The position numbers and the translations under genes were made by a program. The notes beneath the pieces are model-generated. The model ran no database searches. It was not told where the DNA came from and saw only the letters and a program-made list of their open reading frames with translations. From positions 870,001 to 902,000 of the forward strand of contig NZ_OZ239769.1 of the NCBI RefSeq assembly GCF_965196625.1: DNA of 32,000 nucleotides, given 5' to 3'. The DNA is from Candidatus Saccharimonadota bacterium (GTDB lineage Bacteria > Bacteroidota > Bacteroidia > Cytophagales > Amoebophilaceae). Of the stretch, positions 1-9,200 are shown piece by piece (the first letter of the stretch is position 1; each line of letters starts with the position of its first letter).

Positions 1-791
1 CTACGCATGTAGATTTACTCCATGCCATTAGGCAAGGAAAATTCCGAGAAGACTTATACTACAGACTCAATACCGTGCCGATTACCATACCCCCTTTGCG
101 TGAACGGGGTGCAGATATTATACAATTGTTTCATAAATTTTCTAGTGATTTTGCTGCCAAATACAGAATTAAACCGCTAGAAATCAGCTCAGAAGCAAAA
201 GACATTTTACGCACTTATCCATTTCCAGGCAACATTCGTCAACTAAAAAATATTGTTGAGCAAATGGCACTGCTGGAAGACGTCATGCTGGTTACACCCA
301 AGGTAATAGAAAAGTATCTACCGAAAGAGCAAAGCCATACGTTACCAGTGCTTTATAAGCAATGGAACGACCATGGGCTGCTTGAAAAAGAATATATATA
401 TCCCATCCTCTTTGATTTAAAAAGAGATATTGCAGAATTAAAAGCACTCATGTTCAATTTCATTGAGTCTGGTTCCATTAAAAATCCTATGATCAAAGAT
501 CATGCGCAGCTATCCCGAGCCTACAGTGACCAAGAAAAGATAGCTAAGAAAATCCATTTTTTGGATACAGCGCAATCCTTTAAAGAAGATAATGTAAATT
601 GCATAGGAGCGTCTTATGATGCAGCAGAAAACCTTTCTATTGAAGCCCAAGAACAAGCATTGATTCGCAGATCTTTGCAGAAAAATCATGGAAATCGCAA
701 AAGTGCAGCGGATGATTTAGGGATTTCAGAAAGAACACTCTATCGAAAAATTAAACAATATGAGATTGAAGAATCCGATTTTAAGAAATAG
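1..791 (+). CDS. Sigma-54-dependent Fis-family transcriptional activator, C-terminal part (5' end outside window)
   Basis: The frame is open from base 3. Translation THVDLLHAIRQGKFREDLYYRLNTVPITIPPLRERGADI is the conserved end of the sigma-54-interaction AAA+ domain. It is followed by FPGNIRQLKN and a C-terminal Fis-type HTH (NRKSAADDLGISERTLYRKIKQY). The track ORF 75..791 merely starts at an internal GTG. Confidence 0.9.
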   Translation, partial: THVDLLHAIRQGKFREDLYYRLNTVPITIPPLRERGADIIQLFHKFSSDFAAKYRIKPLEISSEAKDILRTYPFPGNIRQLKNIVEQMALLEDVMLVTPKVIEKYLPKEQSHTLPVLYKQWNDHGLLEKEYIYPILFDLKRDIAELKALMFNFIESGSIKNPMIKDHAQLSRAYSDQEKIAKKIHFLDTAQSFKEDNVNCIGASYDAAENLSIEAQEQALIRRSLQKNHGNRKSAADDLGISERTLYRKIKQYEIEESDFKK

Positions 792-1293
792 TGTATACTT
801 TTTTTTTAGCGTATTATCGTTGTACAGTTGTGGTCTTTTTACTTTTTCAGGTACTTCACTTCATCCTGATATCAAGACCTTTTCTGTTCAAACCTTTTAT
901 ACAGAGGTTTCAGATGGTCCAACAGATATGCCGAGAAAGCTTACTGACATACTTTCAGAGAAAATATTACGCACTACTAATTTAACTAAAGAAGAGAAAG
1001 AAGGTGACATCCAATTTGAAGGCATCATTAAGTCCTTTTCATATCGCAGCACCTACAGTACAAAAGGTGAAGATGGTAATACTACTAAAGAAATACAACG
1101 TCTAACCATCACGATAGAAGTTTCTTTCTTAAATGCTGCTGATGAGGAATCCTCATTTAAGAAAAAACAATTTTCAGCTAGCGCAGATATGCTTTCTACT
1201 GAAAATAAATTAGACAAAGAACCTGAATTGGTGGAAGAAATTTTCCGTCAACTAGTGGATGATGTTTGTAGCAAATCTATAGATAATTGGTAA
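760..1293 (+). CDS. lptE: Putative LptE-family LPS-assembly lipoprotein
   Basis: 177-aa ORF with a lipoprotein signal (FFFSVLSLYS-C-G). Its size, ...IDNW C-terminus and position between a sigma-54 regulator and secG match what I recall for other Bacteroidota. The family call rests on pattern and synteny, not a profile search. Confidence 0.55.
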   Translation: MRLKNPILRNSVYFFFSVLSLYSCGLFTFSGTSLHPDIKTFSVQTFYTEVSDGPTDMPRKLTDILSEKILRTTNLTKEEKEGDIQFEGIIKSFSYRSTYSTKGEDGNTTKEIQRLTITIEVSFLNAADEESSFKKKQFSASADMLSTENKLDKEPELVEEIFRQLVDDVCSKSIDNW

Positions 1294-1312
1294 GATTCAA
1301 ATTGTTTTTACC

Positions 1313-1948
1313 ATGCAAGTTCAAAAACTATTAAAATTATTGGAGCAGCCTGCAACGCTTTCACCAGCAGATATACCTGATCTAGAAGCGCTTATACAAA
1401 GATATCCCTATTTCTACCTAGCCCATGCGCTCCTTGCCAAGGTAACCTATAGGCAGGAAAAAGATGTAGAAAAGTATGCGGTTCAAAGAGCTGCTACCTA
1501 TGCGGTTGACCGCACACATTTGCGCAAATGGCTGGAAAATAAACTTTCACAACCACCAATTTTCAGAAGCGTCCATGCCAAATCTACGCAGGAAGCATCT
1601 GTTACCATTAATAATTATTTAGAGATAATTGCCAAAAAGACCGTTAAAAAGAGCACAAATGAAAACAGTATCAAGCAGTTTTCTATTATAGATAATATTT
1701 TAAATAAAAACTTGCAATTTGATCCCTGTATGGAAATAGTGCTATTAAACGAAGAAGCATCCGTAGATCTTTCCGAACAAGGCACTGCGCTAGATGATCG
1801 TTTTGCAACTGAAACATTAGCTAAAATAATGGTTCAACAGAAAAAATACAAACGCGCCATTGAAATTTACAACCATTTAATGGCAAAACATCCTGAAAAA
1901 AAATCGTATATTGAGGGCATCATTTCTAATTTAAATAGTGATCTTTAG
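1313..1948 (+). CDS. Conserved hypothetical protein with TPR-like C-terminus
   Basis: 211-aa ORF in the same orientation, tightly packed between lptE-like and secG. The C-terminal segment KKYKRAIEIYNHLMAKHPEKKSYIEG looks like a single TPR-type helix pair. Confidence 0.6.
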   Translation: MQVQKLLKLLEQPATLSPADIPDLEALIQRYPYFYLAHALLAKVTYRQEKDVEKYAVQRAATYAVDRTHLRKWLENKLSQPPIFRSVHAKSTQEASVTINNYLEIIAKKTVKKSTNENSIKQFSIIDNILNKNLQFDPCMEIVLLNEEASVDLSEQGTALDDRFATETLAKIMVQQKKYKRAIEIYNHLMAKHPEKKSYIEGIISNLNSDL

Positions 1949-1950
1949 TT

Positions 1951-2334
1951 ATGTTTATATTCAATCTGATTACCATACTTATTATTATCGTAGCCATTCT
2001 ATTGCTTGGTGCTATTTTACTGCAAGAGCCGAAAGAGCGGATCACCCCTTCGGGTGGAGGTGCTGCTTCTATACAACGCATTGGCATTAATCAAAAGGCA
2101 GATTTTTTAGAAAAAGCTACTTGGGTGCTGATAGGATTATTACTTTTTTTAACGTTTTTGTCCTCTATCTTTCTTAAAAACGCACCACAAACAAATAGGA
2201 GTCCTAATTTGGCAAAGGCGCAGCAAGAACAAGCATCCACCAGCACCACAACAGTTCCAAGTCCTACAGATGCTGGAGCTACTGCCCAAAAGGAGTTAGA
2301 ACCTGCAGCGCAGGCAACAACCTCCGGCACTTAA
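1951..2334 (+). CDS. secG: Preprotein translocase subunit SecG
   Basis: Two TM helices (FIFNLITILIIIVAILLLGAILLQ and ATWVLIGLLLFLTFLSSIF) flank a glycine motif (SGGGAAS). The start lies 2 nt after the upstream stop. There is a low-complexity S/T/A/Q tail. Confidence 0.8.
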   Translation: MFIFNLITILIIIVAILLLGAILLQEPKERITPSGGGAASIQRIGINQKADFLEKATWVLIGLLLFLTFLSSIFLKNAPQTNRSPNLAKAQQEQASTSTTTVPSPTDAGATAQKELEPAAQATTSGT

Positions 2335-2358
2335 AGCCAACTTGTAGTGATTTTTCAT

Positions 2359-2973
2359 ATGAAAAGATTCAACATCATAAAGGCTATTTTAGCCTTTTTC
2401 GGTTGTGCACTTTTAACCCATCCATCCAATGCGGTTGGATTGGCTACAGGGCCATCTTTCGGCCTAGCTGGGTTTCGCACCCATTTCGATGCACAAGATC
2501 CGTTTAAAAAAGTTTCTATCCACAACGCAGCATTACAGATCGGATGGTTTGCCAAGCTAGATATTTGGCTTTTATATGGTAAGCTAGATGGCTTGTTTAT
2601 ATTAGATTGGCATAAATTGCCTAATAAACTAACGTGCAATCATTTTAAATCTATTACCCTTCCCTTGACGATTGGTATACCTATTTTGGGCATCCTTCGC
2701 CCTCATATTGGTCTGATTTTTCGAATACCTTGGTCTGATTTAGATGATCCTAGCTTGCAAGGCAATCATCTTATAGAATGCTATAGCAAAAAAATCAACG
2801 GATATATCATTGGATTGGGTCTAGATCTAGGCCATTTTTTAATCGATATCTATTGTAAACTTGGCTCTTCAACAATCGCTAGAAAATCTATAGAGGCTAC
2901 CCTATTGCAGGGGAATAAGACCTATAGACCTAAAGAATTTACTTTAAGAGTCGGTTACAACTTACTGGGTTAA
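2359..2973 (+). CDS. Putative outer-membrane beta-barrel protein (signal peptide)
   Basis: I prefer the ATG at 2359 (MKRFNIIKAILAFFGCALLTHPSNA signal peptide) to the GTG at 2347. The protein shows alternating hydrophobic/aromatic beta-strand-like segments and ends ...LRVGYNLLG. Confidence 0.45.
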   Translation: MKRFNIIKAILAFFGCALLTHPSNAVGLATGPSFGLAGFRTHFDAQDPFKKVSIHNAALQIGWFAKLDIWLLYGKLDGLFILDWHKLPNKLTCNHFKSITLPLTIGIPILGILRPHIGLIFRIPWSDLDDPSLQGNHLIECYSKKINGYIIGLGLDLGHFLIDIYCKLGSSTIARKSIEATLLQGNKTYRPKEFTLRVGYNLLG

Positions 2974-2984
2974 GGAAGGGTTAA

Positions 2985-3671
2985 ATTCCTGAGGGCGCTT
3001 ATACGAGTAATTCAGGTCGTTTTTTGTCTTTTAAGTATAGAGAAAAAAGTCAAATTGCCTCTTCATACGATATTTCTGGTAGGATCAAAGTTTATGTTCC
3101 TGAAATTGATTCTTCTTTTTCTTCTGATTTGTTTTTTAAGGGACAAAGAAAATCTTTTAGTTACAAAAATCAAAATAAGGACGATGTATTTGGTTTAGAG
3201 CAATTGGATACGGATTCTTTAGATTATATTCTATTGACAGCCGGAGAAAAAGATTGTATGAGTGCCTATGCCCATGGGTTTAAAAACGTTATTTCTTTAC
3301 AGTCAGAACATCAAATGCCCAGCACTTCTTTGCTGGAAGTGCTAAAAACCAAAACTTCTATTATTTTAAGTTGTTATGATAATGATGTTGCTGGTATTAA
3401 CGCTTCTAAGCGATTAGAAGCTTCTTTTGGTATTGTATCTATATCACTACCTAGAGATGTAAAAGATATATCTGATTATTTTCGTATTTATTCACCTACT
3501 GACTTTCAGTTACTTTTAGATACAGCTATAGAAAAAGCTATATCCTTACCCTTAGAAAAGTCCAATGGTACGCGAGGTGCCAGGGTAAGTAATAGTATAC
3601 GCAGTAAAGTAGAGCACTATTTAAGTGAAAAGTTTGATTTTCGCTTAAATGTGGTTACACAACTTGTATAA
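2985..3671 (+). pseudogene. Toprim-domain (DnaG-like, mobile-element type) primase fragment
   Basis: Toprim motifs are present: LLTAGEKDCMSAY (catalytic Glu) and SCYDNDVAGINAS (DxD), then DVKDISDYF. There is no ATG start (TTG only; open frame begins right after the stop at 2982..2984) and no N-terminal zinc-binding region. The ORF ends 2 nt before the IS inverted repeat at 3674. Confidence 0.6.
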
Positions 3672-3673
3672 GT

Positions 3674-3699
3674 TGTAGTAGTCAAGATTTAATCTTACA
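3674..3699. repeat. IS481-family left terminal inverted repeat
   Basis: Exact 26-nt reverse-complement match to 6177..6202. Confidence 0.9.
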
Positions 3700-3734
3700 A
3701 TTGTTAAATTGTAATGATATAAATACTAACTACT

Positions 3735-4739
3735 ATGAACTTACATCAAAAAATCATTAAGCCGAAATTAGGCTTATTAGAATTAGCTAAAACCTTAGGG
3801 AACATATCCTCATCGTGTAAAAGTATTGGCTATAGCAGAGATAGCTACTACCGTTTTAAGTCTTTGTACGAAACAGGCGGTCAAGAAGCGCTATATGAGC
3901 TAATCCGTAAGAAGCCTATTCTAGCTAATAGAGTAGATCCTAGCATAGAAAAATCAGTGGTAGATATGGCCATAGACTATCCAGCCTATGGTCAGCTTAG
4001 GGTATCCAACGAGTTGAAAAAAGAGGGTATTCTTGTTTCTCCTGGTGGTGTAAGATCTATCTGGTTGCGCAATGACTTAAACAATATAAAGAAACGTCTT
4101 AGGGCTTTAGAAGCTAAAATGGCTCAAGATGGTCTTGTTCTAACTGAATCCCAGCTAGCAGCACTGGAAAAACGTAGAAACGAACAAGAAACATGTGGAG
4201 AAATAGATACAGAGCATCCTGGTTACTTAGGTTGTCAAGATACTTATTATGTGGGTAACTTTAAAGGTATAGGCAAAGTTTACACGCAAGTATTTATAGA
4301 CAGTTATTCTAGATTATCAAACGCAAAACTTTACACTGATAAGACGGCTCTAACAGCTGCCGATCTGTTAAATGATAGGATACTACCTTTTTATCAAGAT
4401 CAAAACATACCTATATTACGTATACTAACAGATCGTGGTACAGAGTATAAAGGCACAATAGAACATCATGCTTTTGAGTTGTTTTTAAGTATAGAAGGTA
4501 TAGAACATACGGTCACTAAAGCCTATTCACCGCAAACCAATGGGTTCTGTGAACGATTTAACAAAACCATGAAACAGGAATTCTTTGATACAGCTATGCG
4601 TAAGAAGATCTATACAAGCCTAGATGATTTGCAAGAGGATTTAGATAGCTGGTTACGTTACTATAATCATGAGAGACCGCATTCTGGAAAGTATTGTTAC
4701 GGCAAAACACCTATACAAACCTGGGAAGAGAGCCTGTAA
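3735..4739 (+). CDS. IS481-family DDE transposase (integrase core), 3' end disrupted by IS256 insertion
   Basis: N-terminal HTH region, then DDE-like positions (GCQDTYYVG, ILTDRGTEYKG, NGFCERFNKT) and YNHERPHSG. The last three codons and the stop come from the inserted IS256 end. The original reading frame resumes at 6070 and ends at the TAA at 6161..6163. Confidence 0.85.
   Translation: MNLHQKIIKPKLGLLELAKTLGNISSSCKSIGYSRDSYYRFKSLYETGGQEALYELIRKKPILANRVDPSIEKSVVDMAIDYPAYGQLRVSNELKKEGILVSPGGVRSIWLRNDLNNIKKRLRALEAKMAQDGLVLTESQLAALEKRRNEQETCGEIDTEHPGYLGCQDTYYVGNFKGIGKVYTQVFIDSYSRLSNAKLYTDKTALTAADLLNDRILPFYQDQNIPILRILTDRGTEYKGTIEHHAFELFLSIEGIEHTVTKAYSPQTNGFCERFNKTMKQEFFDTAMRKKIYTSLDDLQEDLDSWLRYYNHERPHSGKYCYGKTPIQTWEESL
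4721..4729. repeat. Target-site duplication of nested IS256 (left copy)
   Basis: CTGGGAAGA abuts the IS256 left end and is identical to 6061..6069. Confidence 0.8.
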
Positions 4740-6060
4740 ATTATTTTGTGTAAGTGCCGTTTTTTAGGAGAATCTTCCCTCAAATTCGATAGCGAATCGA
4801 TTCAGAGCCGCTCTCCAATCATGTAAAGACATAGTCCACTTTTGTGATGCCTTCTGTATGGCTAAATATACTACTTTTAATGCAGATTGGTCATTAGGAA
4901 AAATTTTACGGTTATTGATAGATTTTCTAATAACGCTATTGAGTGATTCAATGGCATTGGTCGTATAAATAATTTTTCGTATTTCATCAGGATAGTCAAA
5001 AATAGTTATAATGTTGCTCCAATTTTTATGCCATGAACGACTAATAGCTGGATATTTTTTATCCCATTTTTCACTAAAAATAAGAAGTGCTTCTTCCGCT
5101 TGCTCAAGAGAAATAGCGCGATAAATAACTTTAAGATCCGATGCGACGGACTTCATGTCCTTATAGGGTACATAACGTAACGAATTACGAATAAGATGAA
5201 CAATGCATAACTGAATTTTGGTTTTTGGAAATACTGTATTAATAGCATCTGGAAATCCGGTTAATCCATCAACACAAGCAATAAAAATATCCTTAATGCC
5301 ACGATTATTTAACTCAGTTAATACTGAGAGCCAAAATTTTGCACCTTCGGTTTCTGCTATCCACAAACCAAGTAATTCTTTTTGCCCTTGACAATTAATG
5401 GCTAATGCCAAATAAATTGATTTGTTGATTACGCGTTTATCTTGATGACACTTGATAACGATACAATCTAAATACAATATGGGATATACTGTTTCTAATG
5501 GACGATTCTGCCAAACAGTAATCTCCTCAATAACAGATTCAGTTACTTTCGAAATTAAACTGTGTGATACCTCTGTACCATACAGCTCTTTGAATGTATC
5601 TGAAATATCTCTGGTAGTCATCCCTCTAGCATAAAGAGCCAAAATTTGTTCATCAAATTCAGTGAAGCGAGTTTGCCCTTTGCGAATGATTTGAGGATCG
5701 AACGTGCTGTTTCGGTCACGTGGCGTATTAATTTCCATTTCGCCAAAATCACCCTTTAATCGCTTAGGAGAGTAACCATTACGGCTATTTCCCGTGTTCC
5801 TGCCTTCTATAGCATGCTTTTCATAGCCAAGATGATCCTCTAATTCTGCATCCATAGCACGTTCTACCGTGATTTTTAATAGTTGCTTGCTGAGAATAGC
5901 TAAATCTTTTTCACTCTTAATAGACTTCGACAATTCATTTAGTAGATTTGGATCTATATTTATTTGTTGTTGTTCCATTGCTTATGACTCATTTATAACT
6001 AACGATTTAATCCGTTAGATTAGTTAATAATAAGCATTTACACAATTTTATTTACAAACT
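4730..6060 (-). mobile_element. IS256-family insertion sequence (nested)
   Basis: Imperfect terminal IRs share the IS256-like core TTGTGTAA(G/A)TGC: GAGCCTGTAAATTATTTTGTGTAAGTGC at the left, and reverse complement (G)AGTTTGTAAATAAAATTGTGTAAATGC at the right. It is flanked by the 8-9 bp direct repeat (C)TGGGAAGA. Size is about 1.33 kb. Confidence 0.85.
4764..5978 (-). CDS. IS256-family (mutator-type) transposase
   Basis: 404-aa intact ORF with a typical IS256-family layout (...YLDCIVIKC..., ...FIACVDGLTGFPDAI..., ...CIVHLIRNSL..., ...TTNAIESLN...). Confidence 0.95.
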   Translation of the reverse strand: MEQQQINIDPNLLNELSKSIKSEKDLAILSKQLLKITVERAMDAELEDHLGYEKHAIEGRNTGNSRNGYSPKRLKGDFGEMEINTPRDRNSTFDPQIIRKGQTRFTEFDEQILALYARGMTTRDISDTFKELYGTEVSHSLISKVTESVIEEITVWQNRPLETVYPILYLDCIVIKCHQDKRVINKSIYLALAINCQGQKELLGLWIAETEGAKFWLSVLTELNNRGIKDIFIACVDGLTGFPDAINTVFPKTKIQLCIVHLIRNSLRYVPYKDMKSVASDLKVIYRAISLEQAEEALLIFSEKWDKKYPAISRSWHKNWSNIITIFDYPDEIRKIIYTTNAIESLNSVIRKSINNRKIFPNDQSALKVVYLAIQKASQKWTMSLHDWRAALNRFAIEFEGRFS

Positions 6061-6069
6061 CTGGGAAGA
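6061..6069. repeat. Target-site duplication of nested IS256 (right copy)
   Basis: CTGGGAAGA abuts the IS256 right end and is identical to 4721..4729. Confidence 0.8.
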
Positions 6070-6176
6070 TAGTAAAAAGCTAGTCCTTGAAAAAAATAAT
6101 CAAATCGCGTATCTTAAAAAGATATCTGACAAGTTAGACTTAACTGACAATTTTAAAGTCTAATTTTTTTGCTGCC

Positions 6177-6202
6177 TGTAAGATTAAATCTTGACTACTA
6201 CA
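6177..6202. repeat. IS481-family right terminal inverted repeat
   Basis: Exact 26-nt reverse-complement match to 3674..3699. It contains the stop codon of the giant minus-strand ORF. Confidence 0.9.
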
Positions 6203-9200
6203 CTGCGAATGTAGCAACATTTAATCCAGCATCTATATAATCACGCTTTTGAATCGCCCTAGTTGCGCCCCGTGCAGTTCCACAAAGGGGGAAATAGTGT
6301 TGTGCCTGATCCCAGGCGCCAGCATAATCTTGATCTACAATACGATTACAGAGCTCATCATCTAGCGCCATCGATGTTGCTGCAACAGCAGCTCTACTTA
6401 ATATATAAGCACTTAGGCCTGCTCCCCCTGTGCAATAGGTAACCCCTCCTATAACTACGAAATTAAACAAAGAATCATTCCAATTTGCTTGCTGGATTTT
6501 GGTTTTATTAAATGCATCTTGTTCAATTTGTTTGAGTTTTTCCTGTATGGCTTTTTTATATTCAGGTTTAGCTTTTTTTTCTTGATCATTAAGTTCTTTA
6601 TATTCCTTATCGTGACTATAAAGCATCGATCGATTGAGAAAGCAATGGGGATCTGTCTGCATGAGGTAACTATCTATGATATGATCACTCCCTCCCTGGT
6701 AAAGTGCATCTGGATCTCTGCTATCAATAATAGATCTATTTTTTACAATCTCCTCCGTTCTTTTAGGGTTTCTAAGGCAACTTTCAATATATTTATTTCT
6801 AAAACTGTCGGCTGATGATATATTTTTTTTCCGATCCAATTGGGGTAAAATTGCATCAAAAAGGCAGTTGTTTTTACCCCTACTATCGCTAGTAGGTAGT
6901 ACTTCTGAATGCCTCATATTAACCCAGTGAAATTCTTTATCCGTCTTAATCAAATTTATGATCACCCTTCTACCTGGTAGATTTCCGCCCACTACATCAT
7001 AATATTTTCCTTCTACATGTACTTGGATAGGTGCATTTATTTCCTTTGCAATATGACCAAGCTCTCCCACGCCTAATGGCGCACCATTCTTAACAGATTC
7101 AATGTACGCTTGTAATATTGGCGTACAAGAAGCTGAATCCACTGGATCTGCTTGTTCGTCTGAGCTAAGGATTAGGTTCTCTGCTAAATTATGCCTTTGA
7201 ACTTTAGGCAGCTGTTTAGCACTAAACTCCTTAACCTCTTTAGCACTCTCTTTCCAAATTTCTTGAGCCTCCCATCTAGAAAAACCTCTGGTAAGGGGTT
7301 GGAATAGGTTGGATGATACGGACTCCACTAGCCTATTGGTAATAGCTGACTTGAAAGCATCTTTAATATGTTGGTAACTAGATGGGAAATAGCAAGTGTA
7401 ACATTTGGTGATTCCGACTACTTGACGTTTTGCAGCACCGTAATCTGGAGAGAGTGGGTTCAGATTATAATCATGATCTGCACGGAATTGATCTGCCCTA
7501 ACTTCGTCAAAGGCTATCTCAGAAGGTGGAACTGAAGTATAAGCTGAACTGGAGTAGATACCCTGATCTAATTTATACTCCTTCAAGGTCTCTTCCTCTT
7601 GTTTAGCCTTTCGTTCAGCTTCAGCGATATGACTGGTATGCTGCTGAATCTTCGATTCAAACTGATCAAGGAATTTAGGGGCTTCAAAGGCTAAATCATA
7701 TAGCATCTTGGGAAGGCCTATAATATCCATATAATCTTCACCGGTTAGCTTACGATTTTGGTTGCTTGCATCTGTTGGATTATCTTCATCTTCTCTTGCA
7801 TTGAGCTGATCTATTTTGTTAATAACAACTCCCTTACCCATCTCTGTGCACGCGTTTATAAACGTATTGTTAGGAGATGGTTCCAGCAATTCCAAACCAT
7901 CGTTTATAAACAATTGTTGCCAATGGTTATCTCTATTTTTAAGGTCTAGTGTTATGCCTCTAGTGATCAGAGGGTTATTTTGTAATCTTTCAGAAAGGAT
8001 CCTATCTAACTTCTTATCAATTAGTGACTTTATACCATGTAAAACTGGATCGACAACCATATGATTAACCGAAACCTGCAACAACTTACTGGTCACACTT
8101 TCTTTGAAGTGTTGTACAAACTGCTGCTTAGCTTCCTGTAGCCCACCACTAACAATATCAGGTTGACTAGACCTTATTACCATATCCGTTGCGCCCGCGC
8201 CAACGGTTGCACCAGTCGCTGTTACAGCCTGGTTAACCCCAGTTAATGAATTTTTTACCCCCCTAAAGGTATCTCTAATATCTGTACCCATTTTTTTAAT
8301 CCCTTCCCAACCAGAGGATATAAATGAAACACTCCAAGAAATCCCTTTTTGTATCGACCAATTTTTCCAGGAAAAGTCACCTCTTATAGCAGAGGTTACA
8401 CTACTAAACAAATCACTGAGACCATCTATGAGTAATTTCACACCTAATGATGAGCCCGCTGTATAGACTGACATCAAAAACCCTGCTGTTGCTTGTGCTG
8501 CGCCAATGATCGCTACAGAAATAATGCTATACCAAGGGGTAGGTTTTTTTAACCTAAGCGTAAAAATATCCGTTAGGCCATTAGCATAAGCTTCTCCTAT
8601 CGCTTGACTATGATCTCCATCGGTACCTTTTAACGCTTCTTGAAGGGATTGATTCCTCAATTTTACATGCCACCCTTTTCTTAATGCTTTATCAAGTACC
8701 TCAATAGCTATATCAATATGATCAGACTGTATAGAAAGGATATCTAATTGGTGGGCAACATGATCAGATACGGTTATATTTTTAGCTTTTTTATGCAATA
8801 ATATCAACAAGTGCTGAAAAGAAATTAGGGCTGGTTTGTATTCGTAGTTAATCAACCTAATCGCTTCTTCCAATTCTGCCTTAGCTATTTCTTGATTCCT
8901 TCCCTGGTTATCTTCTATGGTGAGTAAAGCTCTCGCTTTATTGTAGCGGGCTGTTACATTATAGGTTTCATCCAAATCAATGGCTTTTTGATATATCTCA
9001 ATAGCTAATTGAGGGTTTTTGAGACGATCTAAGGCTTCATTACCCTTTTGAACATAGTAATAGGGATTTTTAACCAGTTTATCTTTAGTACCATCTGATC
9101 TGATGGCATTGCCAAATTGATCAAAGGTTTTTACAACATCTTGAAGGTCAATAGATTTCTTGTCATGCTGCAGGCGGTTAAACCAAATGCCCCACCGCTC

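Larger units (their letters stand above)
3674..6202 (+). mobile_element. IS481-family insertion sequence carrying a nested IS256-family element
   Basis: Bounded by perfect 26-bp inverted repeats TGTAGTAGTCAAGATTTAATCTTACA (3674..3699; reverse complement at 6177..6202). It encodes an HTH plus rve/DDE transposase. It would be about 1.19 kb once the nested element is removed. Confidence 0.85.

Noticed and set aside
791-2639. Overlapping small ORFs 791..985 (+), 2091..2330 (-), 2355..2639 (-)
   Set aside because: They overlap better-supported genes (lptE-like, secG, OMP) in other frames or on the other strand, and have no recognisable features.
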